DNA of 64,000 nt from Haliotis cracherodii (taxonomy: Eukaryota), in the NCBI RefSeq assembly GCF_022045235.1, contig NW_027266286.1, forward strand, positions 71,610,001-71,674,000, given 5' to 3'. A model generated the notes under the pieces. The model was not told where the DNA came from. It did not search any database and worked only from the letters and a program-made list of their open reading frames with translations. Each line of letters opens with the position of its first letter. The first letter of the stretch is position 1. Shown here in pieces: positions 12,857-26,123 of the stretch. Both the position numbers and the translations under genes were made by a program.

Positions 12857-13584
12857 GATGCACGTCAATAGATGCTGGCATCTTTTGTTTCCTTATAACT
12901 ATGATGTACGTCAATAGATGCTGGCATCTTTTGTTTCCTTATAACTATGATGCACGTCAATAGATGCTGGCATCTTTTGTTTCCTTATAACTATGATGTA
13001 CGTCAATAGATGCTGGCATCTTTTGTTTCCTTATAACTATGATGCACGTCAATAGATGCTGGCATCTTTTGTTTCCTTATAACTATGATGCACGTCAATA
13101 GATGCTGGCATCTTTTGTTTCCTTATAACTATGATGTACGTCAATAGATGCTGGCATCTTTTGTTTCCTTATAACTATGATGCACGTCAATAGATGCTGG
13201 CATCTTTTGTTTCCTTATAACTATGATGCACGTCAATAGATGCTGGCATCTTTTGTTTCCTTATAACTATGATGTACGTCAATAGATGCTGGCATCTTTT
13301 GTTTCCTTATAACTATGATGTACGTCAATAGATGCTGGCATCTTTTGTTTCCTTATAACTATGATGCACGTCAATAGATGCTGGCATCTTTTGTTTCCTT
13401 ATAACTATGATGTACGTCAATAGATGCTGGCATCTTTTGTTTCCTTATAACTATGATGCACGTCAATAGATGCTGGCATCTTTTGTTTCCTTATAACTAT
13501 GATGCACGTCAATAGATGCTGGCATCTTTTGTTTCCTTATAACTATGATGCACGTCAATAGATGCTGGCATCTTTTGTTTCCTT
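12857..13584. repeat. 46-bp minisatellite, ~16 units (~2 units at 23920-24003)
   Basis: Unit gatgyacgtcaatagatgctggcatcttttgtttccttataactat. Confidence 0.95.
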
Positions 13585-13616
13585 TTGTAGTATCTATGCT
13601 TCCTCCTTCAGCTGTA
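13581..13616 (-). pseudogene. Decayed exon 1 (TAEGGSIDTTK) of a lost paralog; duplicate at ~24001-24035
   Basis: GCTGAAGGAGGAAGCATAGAT is identical to copy 5 exon 1, but ATG is ACA and the GT donor is lost. Confidence 0.6.
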
Positions 13617-14751
13617 CCTTTTACTGTCAATAAGGTCCGGGACAGAGCATACAAATCTTTAAAGATGTTTTGTCTTTTCGATGCCACAAAATGGAATTCA
13701 TACGCCAGACCATCTAAATACAACAACACCCTACCATATCTGATATAGACATAGTGTTTTGCCAGTATCTTCTCTTCAGCCCATCAGTACAGTTGAATAT
13801 TTCCATCAGTAAACACCGCTTGAGCATTCACAGTGTCTTTATTCTTTCTATAGCATGTAATGTAATGTATTTGTACATATATTTTGTTCCAGCATATGTG
13901 TAATATGATAAAGAACGTAGAGGAAAGTAAGGGGTAAAAATTTATTTCAAATGCACGGCGCACGTAAGCACAATGTAAATATAAAAACAGAAACCACACA
14001 CAATATGAAATACGAGTAGAAAGTAGTGGAATGCTTGATACTGATTGGTAAAAAGGAGGTATCCTTTTTCCTGCAGACACCTCATTTCCATGAAATCCCT
14101 TCTCACTGTGACTTCCAAGAAATGACTTGGTTAAGTCCAAGCTCTGCACACATACAACAGGTTGCGAAAAACTAATTATATTTCTACGGAGCGTTATTTT
14201 ATCAATTCTTTTGAAAAACGATGCATTTTGTAACAATCTGGAGTTAGTCAAGAGTAAAAGTAAATAGAATTGAGCGTGCACGAGTGTGTATGGTCTTACA
14301 CCGCCTTTAGCAATATTCAAGCAATAAGACGCCTGGGAACACTAACAATGGGCTTTACACATGTGGGAATCGAACCCGGGCCTTCAGCATGACGCGTAAA
14401 CGCTTTAAACACAAGGGTACCCCCATCTTCCCGAAAGTGAGAGAGAATAATTATGGTAGGACTGGAAGAATTTATAGAGAAGAAACAAATTCCAGGCCCC
14501 CTTAGAAAATCAAATGGTCGGTCACTGATGACAAGAGCAATTTGTTGGCAACATGTGCAACAACCGTATGACTGCCAACCATGGTGCCGCAAGCACATAT
14601 TAAAATTTACAGGTGGTCATTGCCATTTACACAAAATATCAGCTGTGTGTTTCTCGTCACATTTAATGACAGGCTATTATCGCTGATAATTCGGTGTATG
14701 TTCAGGCGTTCATGCACTTGTCTGATTATGAAGCAAAACACTCGATGGGTA

Positions 14752-15395
14752 TTTCTAGAAGGAACCCTCGAGATTACATCCTGCCAGTAGCTTGGGAAGC
14801 AGCTCATCCAAAGATGTATCACCAAACATTGCATATGCTGCAGCCCACAGTCTTCCTTATTCCACCTGGTGTGCTGTGGCCTTGACCAATGATACCAGTA
14901 AGGGAGAGAAACCTGTGTGTCATGTTCACGGCCTCTGTATACATGACCTCCACGTGAACTGCAGGACGGTCCAGTGTCTCGTATGTGCCAGATAAGTATG
15001 TCTTTCGCAAATAAATGTTGGTGTACGAATCAAGCTTCAGCAGGTGTGTCTGACAGAAACTGTCTGCCTGTGATCCTGAATGTGTCAGAACCAAGGTGAA
15101 TCATCAAAAACCTCGCTCAGTGGCATTTTCACTCTCGTGTCTCCAAAAGGCGACACATCTGGCAGATGTCCATTCCTAAGTGTAACGTTAAAGAAGAGAC
15201 CCTTCAGTCTCCCATTTATTGGACAGCGTTGGTCTCCGCCATTGTCCTTCAGATAAGGTTCCATGATGTTATTGTGGTTCTGCCGAATGTCATCAAAATA
15301 GGAGGATGGCTTGTTGCGATAGAGGGTAGATACATTATCAAAGCTGCCTTCACTGCAGTGGTCCTCGGCTTTGCGGAGCAGCTTTTTCAGATATT
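14752..15395 (-). pseudogene. PHYHIP-like copy 3, chimeric pseudogene, exon 2
   Basis: 61-bp deletion relative to copy 5 at 15099/15100 removes LYFADFYC..HY and shifts frame; a 1-bp insertion near 14825 gives CNVW*; acceptor at 15396-15397. Confidence 0.85.
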
Positions 15396-16129
15396 CTGAA
15401 ATAGGAAATTTAAAATGAACACCATGATAACATCCGGTGGAGTACTGAAAATTAGAAACTTAAGATGAGATGACGTTTGTAATATCAAAACGTCAACGCC
15501 ATAGAATAATCAGTCTCGATTCCATAGGGCCATCCCAATGATGTTTCTAGGTTTGTCGGCACCATACCCGTGCTCGTGGGTTTCACCGAAGTGGTAAACG
15601 TCTGAGACCTGCATCACTTCGGGCTTTACCTGCTTTACAACTCTGTGTGAAAGTCTCATCACGTAGTAAACTTTCGAAAGAGTGCATGCTCTGTAATAGG
15701 CATGCTTTTGACTATGACAGCCACGTTATTAAGGCAAAATAGGGATGACAATGATATGCATGTGTCAGTTGATTTGTGACTCCAGGTGTTCGCGAAGCAG
15801 GACGATAAAGCATAAGAAGTGTTTAACATTCTTTGAAAAGCAATCCGTTCAAGCATCATTATATTTGTATTGTAAATTATATTTAATGAATTTGTTTTGT
15901 TTAAAATGTTTAAAAAAGATCTACAAATGAAAGCTTTGCTTTTTGAGTAAAGAATTGTGACCTTGACTTTTGTAGCTNNNNNNNNNNNNNNNNNNNNNNN
16001 NNNNNNNNNNNNNNNNNNNNNNNNNNNNNNNNNNNNNNNNNNNNNNNNNNNNNNNNNNNNNNNNNNNNNNNNNNNNNNNNNNNNNNNNNNNNNNNNNNNN
16101 NNNNNNNNNNNNNNNNNNNNNNNNNNNNN

Positions 16130-16163
16130 CTTTCTCGACATTTGTACTCCCTCCTTCAGCCAT
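16130..16163 (-). pseudogene. Exon 1 of copy 3 (MAEGGSTNVEK+G)
   Basis: 34-nt exon identical in layout to the other copies; donor falls in an N gap. Confidence 0.7.
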
Positions 16164-16300
16164 GACAGATAGGATAGTTGTTGTGCTACTGCTTTTCCAA
16201 GCTCTTCTTCACAAAGTGACTTGAGAAGTAATGTAGGTCGATATATACCTCAATACGCCTGTGTGTAAACAAGATACATTTGTCCCCTACATCAATGCTG

Positions 16301-16333
16301 ATCCTAGAACTGATACTTTCCCTTTCGATTTCG
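16301..16333 (-). promoter_or_regulatory. ISRE/IRF element, copy 3 promoter
   Basis: actttccctttcgatttcg at 16315-16333. Confidence 0.65.
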
Positions 16334-18948
16334 CATTCTAAGTATGTAGTAAGATAACCTTTGTGATAATTAGAGGTCATGAAGACCCGATTTTCATTCA
16401 AAGTTAAGATACAGCCCCCTTGTGATTTTATAGACCTTTACATCTATCACAACTACGCCCCCAGTACGCCATGCTTGTCGTTAGAGCCGACGTATGAGGA
16501 CTGAGTGCTTACAGGGCTTGGCTCATTGTATGTACCTAAGGCTAGGATTGTTGCTCATACTGTCCCCCACTGTTTCCACTAAAGAAGTTCGGTACATCTG
16601 ATCAATCACCTGCGTGTGTTTTACGTTTCTTCCCGTTTATGCAGTCGATGTGCAGTTAATGACTTATCATAGACGTTTCCTTAATATGCAGTATGAAGAA
16701 AATCTTGATATTTCACTCTTATGAATTGGCCGAAAATCTATGTGTGTCAACTGTTTAAGAAACCAAACGTCATTCAATTCCAACGTTTATGAACTAAAAT
16801 ACATACTTACATGTCTTGCTTAGGTATAAGTACCCTTCACTGGAGTGTTCGTATGAGTGTAATTGTGTTCGAATCCCAGATCACCACAAGATACGTGAGT
16901 GAGTGACTTTACACATCCTTCGCAATAATTCCGGCAATACCATATGGAGACACCGGAATTAGGATTTTCACGTTTAACACGTGTGGGGTCACTCGGCGAT
17001 GTGAATAAATCATCAGGCTACCCCATAATCAATACAGATCGTAAATGGATATGAAACATCTTACCGTGTGGGTACCCATGACAATACCATTTTAACTCCA
17101 GCAGGTATGTATCTCTTTGGAAAGTTAATTATCCCAATGATAAAATAAAACTCAGGTACACAACAAAAAGCATTAAACTTTGCAACTCCTATACAAAACA
17201 ATTGACAGATACACAAAAGACATGGTCTTTTGTCATCAACTTACTGTTTTCATTTGGTTTCATAAAAGAGTGTGAAATCAAAACACCTCCCTTGTGGGCT
17301 TGGTTATACACTTATCACAGATGTGAAGTGCCTGTGTAAAAACGTTCATATCTGTTACTGAAGAAATATACTTGGCATAGGGGGCAGAGTTACCTTGATA
17401 CGTGGCATTTATCAGAAGAAATCTCTACTGCATTACACATATATATATCATATTCTCGAAAGTAATATTCAAGTATTTGTCAATGAGTATTAACAAGTAC
17501 GTTTCAGCTCTATCATTCAAGTGACTGGAGAAACGCTGACATAGAGTCCATAACAAAGTTTGCTTTTGATTTGGATAGTTGTTGTGGTAGCAAATAATTA
17601 TGTCATAACATACATGACATTTAAATGAAGCATATAGTTAACGTGAGAGACTGGCTCTCTTTATCTGTGACATTGATGATGTATTGATGAATCAAATCAA
17701 ATCAACATAGATCACCATTTATTCAATAATTCAAACGATTTAAACGATCATAACGATCAAAACGAATGACAGCAAATAATTATGTCATAACATACATGAC
17801 ATATATGTGAAGCAAGTTGTTAACATGAGAGACTGGCTCCCTTTATCTGTGACATTGATGCTGTATTGATGAATCAAAACAAATCAAACCAAACCGTTTA
17901 ATTCAATATTTTGGTGAGACGCAACAATGAGAATGTGCAATGTGAGCTTCAAACATCAGAATCGAATATCAAGGTTAACAATGACAATGTCAGAAGTACA
18001 CTTTGAAGCAAACAATTAATTACGTATACATGTATATGGAAATAACAATATTTTACATGGTTAATACTTAAGGCACACAAAAACTAAATAAAAGACAAGA
18101 ATGGAATATTGGTAAAAACCAGACACTCAAACATTGAGAGAAGTTATTCATTGCAGTGATACAACATTTACACTTACACTGCAATTCATGAGCCAACTGT
18201 TCCAGCACACCCCAAACACCATCTTGAGTCTTGATGAGCGTTCAGCTCGTAAAATCCCANNNNNNNNNNNNNNNNNNNNNNNNNNNNNNNNNNNNNNNNN
18301 NNNNNNNNNNNNNNNNNNNNNNNNNNNNNNNNNNNNNNNNNNNNNNNNNNNNNNNNNNNNNNNNNNNNNNNNNNNNNNNNNNNNNNNNNNNACTAACTCT
18401 TCATCACAAAGTGGTAATATTTTCTAGCTATTTAGATATTTCTATCACAGTTTAAGTATTTGTAATGGGTTTGTGTGACAAAGTGGTCATTTTCTGCCTC
18501 ATATTTGTTGGTAAAAAGAAGACAGTGACTTGATGATTATATAGATTTTTCATGATTAATTAATTATAAAATGCAAAATGGTTCCTACGTTATTTTTTTC
18601 ACATGAATCAATTTGTCTGGTTTCTTTCATTGTAGGTAAAACAGTATCTTGAAATGATTACAATCCCAGATTTCAGAAATCCACACCAACATGCATTAAA
18701 CACAGTACCTTTTCAGACTAATGTTGCCACACATTTATAATCAAATCCATGAGCTAAAAAGCAACTCTACATGTGTATCTCATCTGATTAAGTGAAATAA
18801 AATAATACTGTCAGTACGGAAAAAAAATATATACTGTGTGACACATTACTCTAAAGACATGTCATAGTATATACACATTATACTAATACAAGCACCTACT
18901 CAGGCGATCTGTCATGGAATCTGCTCAAGATTATTTAATATAGTCCCA

Positions 18949-19766
18949 TCAATTGAAGTATGAATAGTAATCATCAAAATCATAGCTAATACCCATATCA
19001 TCATAATAGTCCTCAAAAGGATTGTTTGTATATCCAAAAGGATCGTCATAGTCAAAACGAACGTCATCGTCAAAACGATGGGCATCGTCAAAAAGATCGT
19101 CATATTCCACGGGATGTACATATCTTCTTCCGGGGTCGACTCCGACATTGCAAATCCCACACCCACCAGCTTTTCGTATTCCCCCAACACTTTGCCCTCG
19201 TCCATATATCCCTGTAGAACCGAGGATCCTGTTTGATATGTCTATATCTTCTGTATAGAACACATCAACAAATACTTTGGATCGTTTCAGTGTTGAGTAC
19301 CCTAAGCTTTGCTTTTGCAAGTACAAGTTGTTCATGACATTGAGTTTGATCAGGTTCTCTTTACAGAACATATCTGCTTCTGAATCAGCCTTTGTCAGAA
19401 CCAAGGTAACATAATGTATTCGGTTGCGTGAAGGTTTGCAAAAGAAATCGGCAAAGTACAAATTTGATGAGCCATGAAACACCTCACTCAGCGGAACTTT
19501 AACTCTTGTGTTTCCAAATGGCGATTTATCTGGTATAACACCTCCCTGTAGTGTAACCCCAAAAAAGAGTCCGCCAAGTCTGCTATTGATTGGACAGCGT
19601 GGATCACCTCCATTGTCTTTGAGTCTCTTTTTCATGATGCCATTGTAGTTATTTTTGATATCCTGAAAGTAGCTGTTGGGTTTATTCCGGTACAGGTAAT
19701 ATACATCTTCAGATGTGCCACTCTGGCTGTGATCATTAGCTTTATCTAACAGCTTCTGAAGATATT
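18949..19766 (-). CDS. PHYHIPL: PHYHIP-like protein, copy 4 (type B), exon 2; ~283 aa with exon 1
   Basis: Acceptor at 19767-19768; intact ORF; domain ~98% identical to copy 2 at nucleotide level; longer acidic tail. Confidence 0.88.
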
Positions 19767-20029
19767 CTGTAAAATGAATATGTAAATTATGTTTTAGTAT
19801 AGATATCATGGAAGCCATGTTAACATCGACGAAAAGTATTTCAAATTATTGTGACTCTCACAGATGAGAAATTATATCCCTTTCAATACCGACTGCATAT
19901 CTGTCCGCCGCATTATACAACAGAAATACAAAATATGTCAGACGAGGTAGTTTGAGGGATTTCCCCTTTTAGCACACAATTACTATGAAAATACTGTAAT
20001 AGTCATCTTGGACAGAAGTATATCCATAC

Positions 20030-20063
20030 CTTTTCCTGCATCTGTGCTTCCTCCTACAGCCAT
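20030..20063 (-). CDS. Exon 1 of copy 4 (MAVGGSTDAGK+G)
   Basis: ATG at 20061-20063; GT donor at 20028-20029, phase 1. Confidence 0.8.
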
Positions 20064-20176
20064 GATTGCAATATGGTTGCCGATACTCGTTCTGTGCATA
20101 TGTTGGCTCTATAAATAGAAACAGAGTATTGTTGTGCAATAGGTCAGATAATGCTCGAGCGTATACAATGACAAGG

Positions 20177-20207
20177 TTCCTTGAATTTCTACTTTCATTT
20201 TCACTTC
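20177..20207 (-). promoter_or_regulatory. GAS plus ISRE-like composite, copy 4 promoter
   Basis: TTCCTTGAA at 20177-20185; actttcattttcacttc at 20191-20207. Confidence 0.65.
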
Positions 20208-22562
20208 TATTTTCTGTGAGGTATAAAAAGGCATTTCAGGTTATAACCAGTGTAATGCTAGATAGGGTATGATTCCCATGCAGGAAGTATCCGAGGTAGG
20301 ATCAAGACTACTTAGTGGTATGCAAGGAGTATATTATGGTATGTTAGGAGTCGGTTATTGACGTAGAAACCGTTGCATGCATGATGTGCACAAGTCAAAC
20401 CAGAGGTAACAAAAAGTCGCATATTTTCACTCATATTTTCACTAATTCACTCATTAAGTGATTGATCTGAACCAAACGCTGCTTTACTGTTTTATCCGTT
20501 TTATGTAAGGTATCAGCTATCTCTCCGCTCGGTATTCTTATCCGACTTCTTTCTATACAAAAGATGCTTTTGACACCATATATGATGGCTGCTTACGTTT
20601 ACGTGGTTCTAGCCAAAGCCACATATTCCTGAGAGCGTGGCTGATATCATATTCCATGTTCCCGAAGCGAATGTCTGGTTCCCTGGATGACCTGACAAAA
20701 TGTGTTCATGGCCTAAAAAGCACTTATCGACTCCTTCATTTGTCTCGAAGTCGTAATCGAACATATCAAGTCTCTAATACCTTGTACTACGACGCATGTT
20801 CTTGATTCAGACATGATTCGGTATTGAATAGGTGCAATTGTTACACATATATCAAATAGACACAATGCTCAAAACATTATTATTATTATATTTACTATTT
20901 ACATATTAGAATAAGAAATGCAGCAAAGAGGTGTTTGGTGATCCTGGCACGTCCGGGCTGGTTAGGCTCAACATCAGCTCAGGGCCCTTGCCCGTCTACA
21001 CGTTGCCCAGATAGCGAATGGGACTTCTCCTAGCAAGCGCTGCCTAGTCGAACCCACCCAAAACTTTTCGGAGAATGTGAAGACTCCCCAACACTGCAGC
21101 CTTCTGCACTACCCAGGTTGTCAGAAGAGCTGTATTCCTGGTAGCAAACTAGGGCACTCTGCCAATGTCAGTCAACAGATTGAGAGGTACCAAACCTAAG
21201 GCACAGAGAACAATGGGGAGTCTGACAACTTGGCACTTGGGATGCAAGCGTGATATTTCGTGATACATTACTGTCAAAAGGGACAAACATTTATCAAATA
21301 GGACAAGATTAGGTTTTTTGACCTGGATACGTCTGAGGCTGTGTACGGACCTATTCTAAAGAATTTTGTATTTATTATTTTCCATGACGCCCTCTACATA
21401 TTCCGGGTTGTACCATGGATGGACCTCTGTGTCAAAGCCACAAGCATGGCAAAGACGGTAATAAAATGATCGAGCCACTCCATCACGTTGCTTAAGATAC
21501 TGTGTTTGTGCCAAAGCTGGGCATCCACTGACAATGTTGTTGACAGTCTCATTGAATTCATTGCATATTCTACATTTGATATTTACATGTTGATGCCAAA
21601 TTACATGTTGACGGTTTCGAGTGGAAGTGACTGGTCTTGAGCAGGAAACAGAAAGCCTTCGGTTTTACTTTTGAGGCCAGTCGTCTCTATCCAAGCGAAG
21701 GACTCTGCAGGGTTGCTGATCTTCTCAACACACTGCATAACAACTCGAAGCAGTGGACCAGTGACACTGACATTTACTTCTTCCCACCCAAGATGAGAAC
21801 CAAATTTGTTTCAAATTCGATTTTCCATATGGCCGGCACAACAGCTGTAATGAAAACCTATTCATTGTTATTGTTCGTCTTCGACATGTGTAACGTTGGC
21901 CTCCTCCCATATTACCCTAACAAACTGTGATAAACGTCATGCAAGGATGTCTCTAAGAGACGTTTGCAAAGTGGCATTAAACTAAACTCACTGTTTATAT
22001 TTCCTTAACACTAACACGTTTAGCTTTTGTGAATATAGACCAACTTAACACCGATTAGAGAAGCACTCTGAGCATGCATTATCCCCTTTACATCATATAG
22101 TCAGATTAGTGCACCTTCCTTATTTCGATAATTTGAGACAATACTACAATACATNNNNNNNNNNNNNNNNNNNNNNNNNNNNNNNNNNNNNNNNNNNNNN
22201 NNNNNNNNNNNNNNNNNNNNNNNNNNNNNNNNNNNNNNNNNNNNNNNNNNNNNNNNNNNNNNNNNNNNNNNNNNNNNNNNNNNNNNACTAATGAAGATCT
22301 CATAGTGCTATCCAACTGAGATGCCGTGCCGCAGTTTAACACGAAGACCCCACTCATACACAGTATTCTGTCTCCGAGCCGAATAATACTTGGTTTAACC
22401 ACTTGATTCCGTGTGCCAGTCAGGGTACCGAACAGTACGATCTTTTAACGTCCTTTGGTAGACCCTCGACCTTGCTCTCTCCGGGCACACGCTCTATCCA
22501 CTGGACCATGGAGAAGTCGAATGAACACGGCGTAGTTGGAATAGATACAAATAAATACAAAG

Positions 22563-22690
22563 TGGGCTATATCCTGACTTTAAAAGATTTTGGTCGGGTC
22601 TTCATAACCTCTAATTTTCCTGGAAGGTTCTCTTAATCTATACTTAGAACGCGAAATCGAAAAGGGAAGTAACAGTTCAAGGATCAAGGA
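22563..22690 (+). promoter_or_regulatory. Inverted copy of the type A promoter module (GAS plus ISRE-like)
   Basis: Reverse complement of ~5775-5900; TTCCTGGAA at 22617-22625; CGAAATCGAAAAGGGAAGT at 22652-22670. Confidence 0.6.
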
Positions 22691-25419
22691 TGTGTGTGGC
22701 CTTGACAGTCTTGATAACTACAATTACTGGGGTATATATATCTAACCTCTGTCTACCTGGGCTTAACATTCACTTAAATTTGCAATGTACATATTCGTAT
22801 TCTTATTCTAATGTACAAGCTATCTCTTTTAGATTCTGATGCCCAAATTAGCTGTATATCCTTATCAACACTGTCTCTCCTTTCCCACCAGAGACGTATA
22901 TCAGGTAGCTGATACTACTGACAAGAGCCTCACATGAGCCTCACATGACATGTTCCACGTATACGCAACGTTTCAGGAAGTGGAGCATTCCTGATTGGGC
23001 TATTGTTGGTAACCCCATATTAAGGCAGTGAGGTGAGTTGAGATGACACGTCGCGATAAACTATCATATAGCGACATCTGTGCCTGTGTGTTCCACCATG
23101 CACTGCACGGGGCAGGACAAGCCCACACGGGTTATTAATACCCCATGTCACCATTACAAGTTAACCTGAATGAATACAAAAACATACACATGATAATGCG
23201 AGAGTTATTAATACAGTTTGGATTATTTATACACAGAGACCATATTCGATTAAATGGTCATTTCATAGTATGTAACCATTGCTAGGGGAAGGTCTCCAGA
23301 CACCTAGTAGTTGATCAGATGAATTTGCATGATTGTGCCTACCATTAAAATGTTGATTGAATTTTCTTTAAATGAAGGTGGCATTCCCGGAAACGTAGAG
23401 GACTTGCTTATGAGCATTGAAAATTTTGGTTAAAGGCATTATTCATCTTTTGTTTAGAACAAATTGTGGACCCATGTGGATTTCCCAAAAATTAGTTGGA
23501 CTAATTAATAAAGTAGCTAACGATTTGTTCTTCCAGTACTCAACAAATTAGACAAAAATATAGCATCCATCAAGAACTCGGGACTTTATTGGACCTTTTA
23601 TGAGTTCTTAATCTTAAACTGAAAAATACATTTTGTACAGACTTGCAGTTGTAATCAGCATAGTTCCAATTTGCTAAATTCAAGTGTCTCCATTCACTGG
23701 GGCGTTCAATGTTTGGTCTCCAGAAGGAAATGCGATTTTATAGGCTATTTACAAGATTAATCGAATCACATGAAAGACGAAAGAGTGAGCTATCTGCTCA
23801 CATCAACTCCACTTAGTTAGCTGTAACGCCAAGGATCAAGTATTGGCGAACTATTCAGATCCGGGATGCCTGAGTTGTTACAATTGAAAATGAAAAATAA
23901 TTCATGTACAGATAACTATGATGTACGTCAATAGATGCTGGCATCTTTTGTTTCCTTATAACTATGATGTACGTCAATAGATGCTGGCATCTTTTTTTTC
24001 CTTTTGCAGTATCTATGCTTCCTCCTTCAGCTGTACCTTTTACTGTCAATAAGGTCCGGGACAGAGCATACAAATCTTTAAAGATGTTTTGTCTTTTCGA
24101 TGCCACAAAATGGAATTCATACGCCAGACCATCTAAATACAACAACACCCAACCATATCTGATATAGACATAGTGATTTGCCAGTATCTTCTCTTCAGCC
24201 CATCAGTACAGTTGAATATTTCCATCAGTAAACACCGCTTTAGCATTCACAGTGTCTTTATTCTTTCTATAGCATGTAATGTAATGTATTTGTACATATA
24301 TTTTGTTCCAGCATATGGGTAATATGATAAAGAACGTAGAGGAAAGTAAGGGGTAAAAATTTATTTCAAATGCACGGCGCACATAAGCACAATGTAAATA
24401 TAAAAACAGAAACCACACACAATATGAAATACGAGTAGAAAGTAGTGGAATGCTTGATACTGATTGGTAAAAAGGAGGTATCCTTTTTCCTGCAGACACC
24501 TCATTTCCATGAAATCCCTTCTCACGGTGACTTCCAAGAAATGACTTGGTTAAGTCCAAGCACTGCACACACACAACAGGTTGCGAAAAACTAATTATAT
24601 TTCTACGGAGCGTTATTTTATCAATTCTTTTGAAAAACGATGCATTTTGTAACAATCTGGAGTTAGTCAAGAGTGAAGGTAAATAGTATTGAGCGTGCGC
24701 GAGTGTGTATGGTCTTACACCGCCTTTAGCAATATTCAAGCAATAAGACGCCTGGGAACACTAACAATGGGCTTTACACATGTGGGAATCGAACCCGGGC
24801 CTTCAGCATGACGCGTAAACGCTTTAAACACAAGGGTACCCCCATCTTCCCGAAAGTGAGAGAAAAATTATGGTAGGACTGGAAGAATTTATAGAGAAGA
24901 AACAAATTCCAGGCCCCCTTAGAAAATCAAATGGTCGGTGACTGATGACAAGAGCAATTTGTTGGCAACATGTGCAACGACCGTATGACTGCTAACCATG
25001 GTGCCGCAAGCACATATCAAAAATTAAAGGTGGTCATTGCCATTTACACAAAATATCAGCTGTGTGTTTCTCGTCACTTTTGAGAAGGTGAATGTTATTA
25101 TGTATTACATACCATATTTGGTATGTTATTGTATATTACAACACAGCAGCCTATCCGAAGCATAAGAAACATTTCCTCATGACATGAGCATCAATAACCG
25201 CTGCCGGGTGAAATAAGACATAATTAGAAATAACATTGCACCCAGCCGGAGTTCACATCCCTGTTGTATGGATGAGTTCGTTAAACATTACATTTAACCA
25301 AAATGAGATCAGCTTTATGTCTTGCATTTAATGGCAGGCTATTATCACTGATAATTTGGTGTATGTTCTGGCGTTCATGCACTTGTCTGATTATGAAGCA
25401 AAACACTCGATGGGTATTT

Positions 25420-26123
25420 CTAGAAGGAATCCTCGCGATTAAATGCTGCCAGTAGCTTGCGAAGCAGCTCATTCAAAGATGTATCCCCAACATTGCATAT
25501 ACTGCAGCCCACAGTCTTCCTTATTCCACCTCGTGTGCTGTGGCCTTGACCAAAGGTATCAGTAGGGGCCAGAACCCTGTGTGTCATGTTCACGGCCTCT
25601 GTATACATGACCTCCACGTGAACTGCAGGACGGTCCAGTGTCTCGTATGTGCCAGATAAGTATGTTTTTTTTCGCAAATAAATGTTGGTGTACGAATCAA
25701 GCTTCAGCAGGTGTGTCTTACAGAAACTGTCTGCCTCCGATCCTGAATGTGTCAGAACCAAGGTGACGTAGTGAACACGCCTGCGTGAGGGCTTGCAATA
25801 GAAGTCAGCAAAATACAGATTTGCTGAATCATCAAAAACCTCGCTCAGTGGCATTTTTACTCTCGTGTCTCCAAAAGGCGACATATCTGGCAGATGTCCA
25901 TTCCTAAGTGTCACGTTAAAGAAAAGACCCTTCAGTCTCCCATTTATTGGACAGCGTTGGTCTCCGCCATTGTCCTTCAGATAAGGTTCCATGATGTTAT
26001 TGTGGTTCTGCCGAATGTCCACGAAATAGGAGGATGGCTTGTTGCGATAGAGGGTAGACACAGTATCAATACTGCCCCCACTGCAGGGGTCCTCAGCTTT
26101 GCGGAGCAGCTTTCTCAGATATT
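25420..26123 (-). CDS. PHYHIPL: PHYHIP-like protein, copy 5 (type A), exon 2; ~245 aa with exon 1
   Basis: Acceptor attgcag|AATAT at 26124-26125; intact domain ending CSICNVGDTSLNELLRKLLAAFNREDSF*. Confidence 0.88.

Noticed and set aside
12857-13584. CRISPR-like appearance of the 46-, 39- and 53-bp arrays
   Set aside because: Contiguous tandem units with no unique spacers, no cas genes, eukaryotic context
13784-14320. 178-aa ORF present twice (also 24203-24739)
   Set aside because: Starts inside a SINE with a non-ATG codon and shows no domain; the recurrence is explained by the recent duplication
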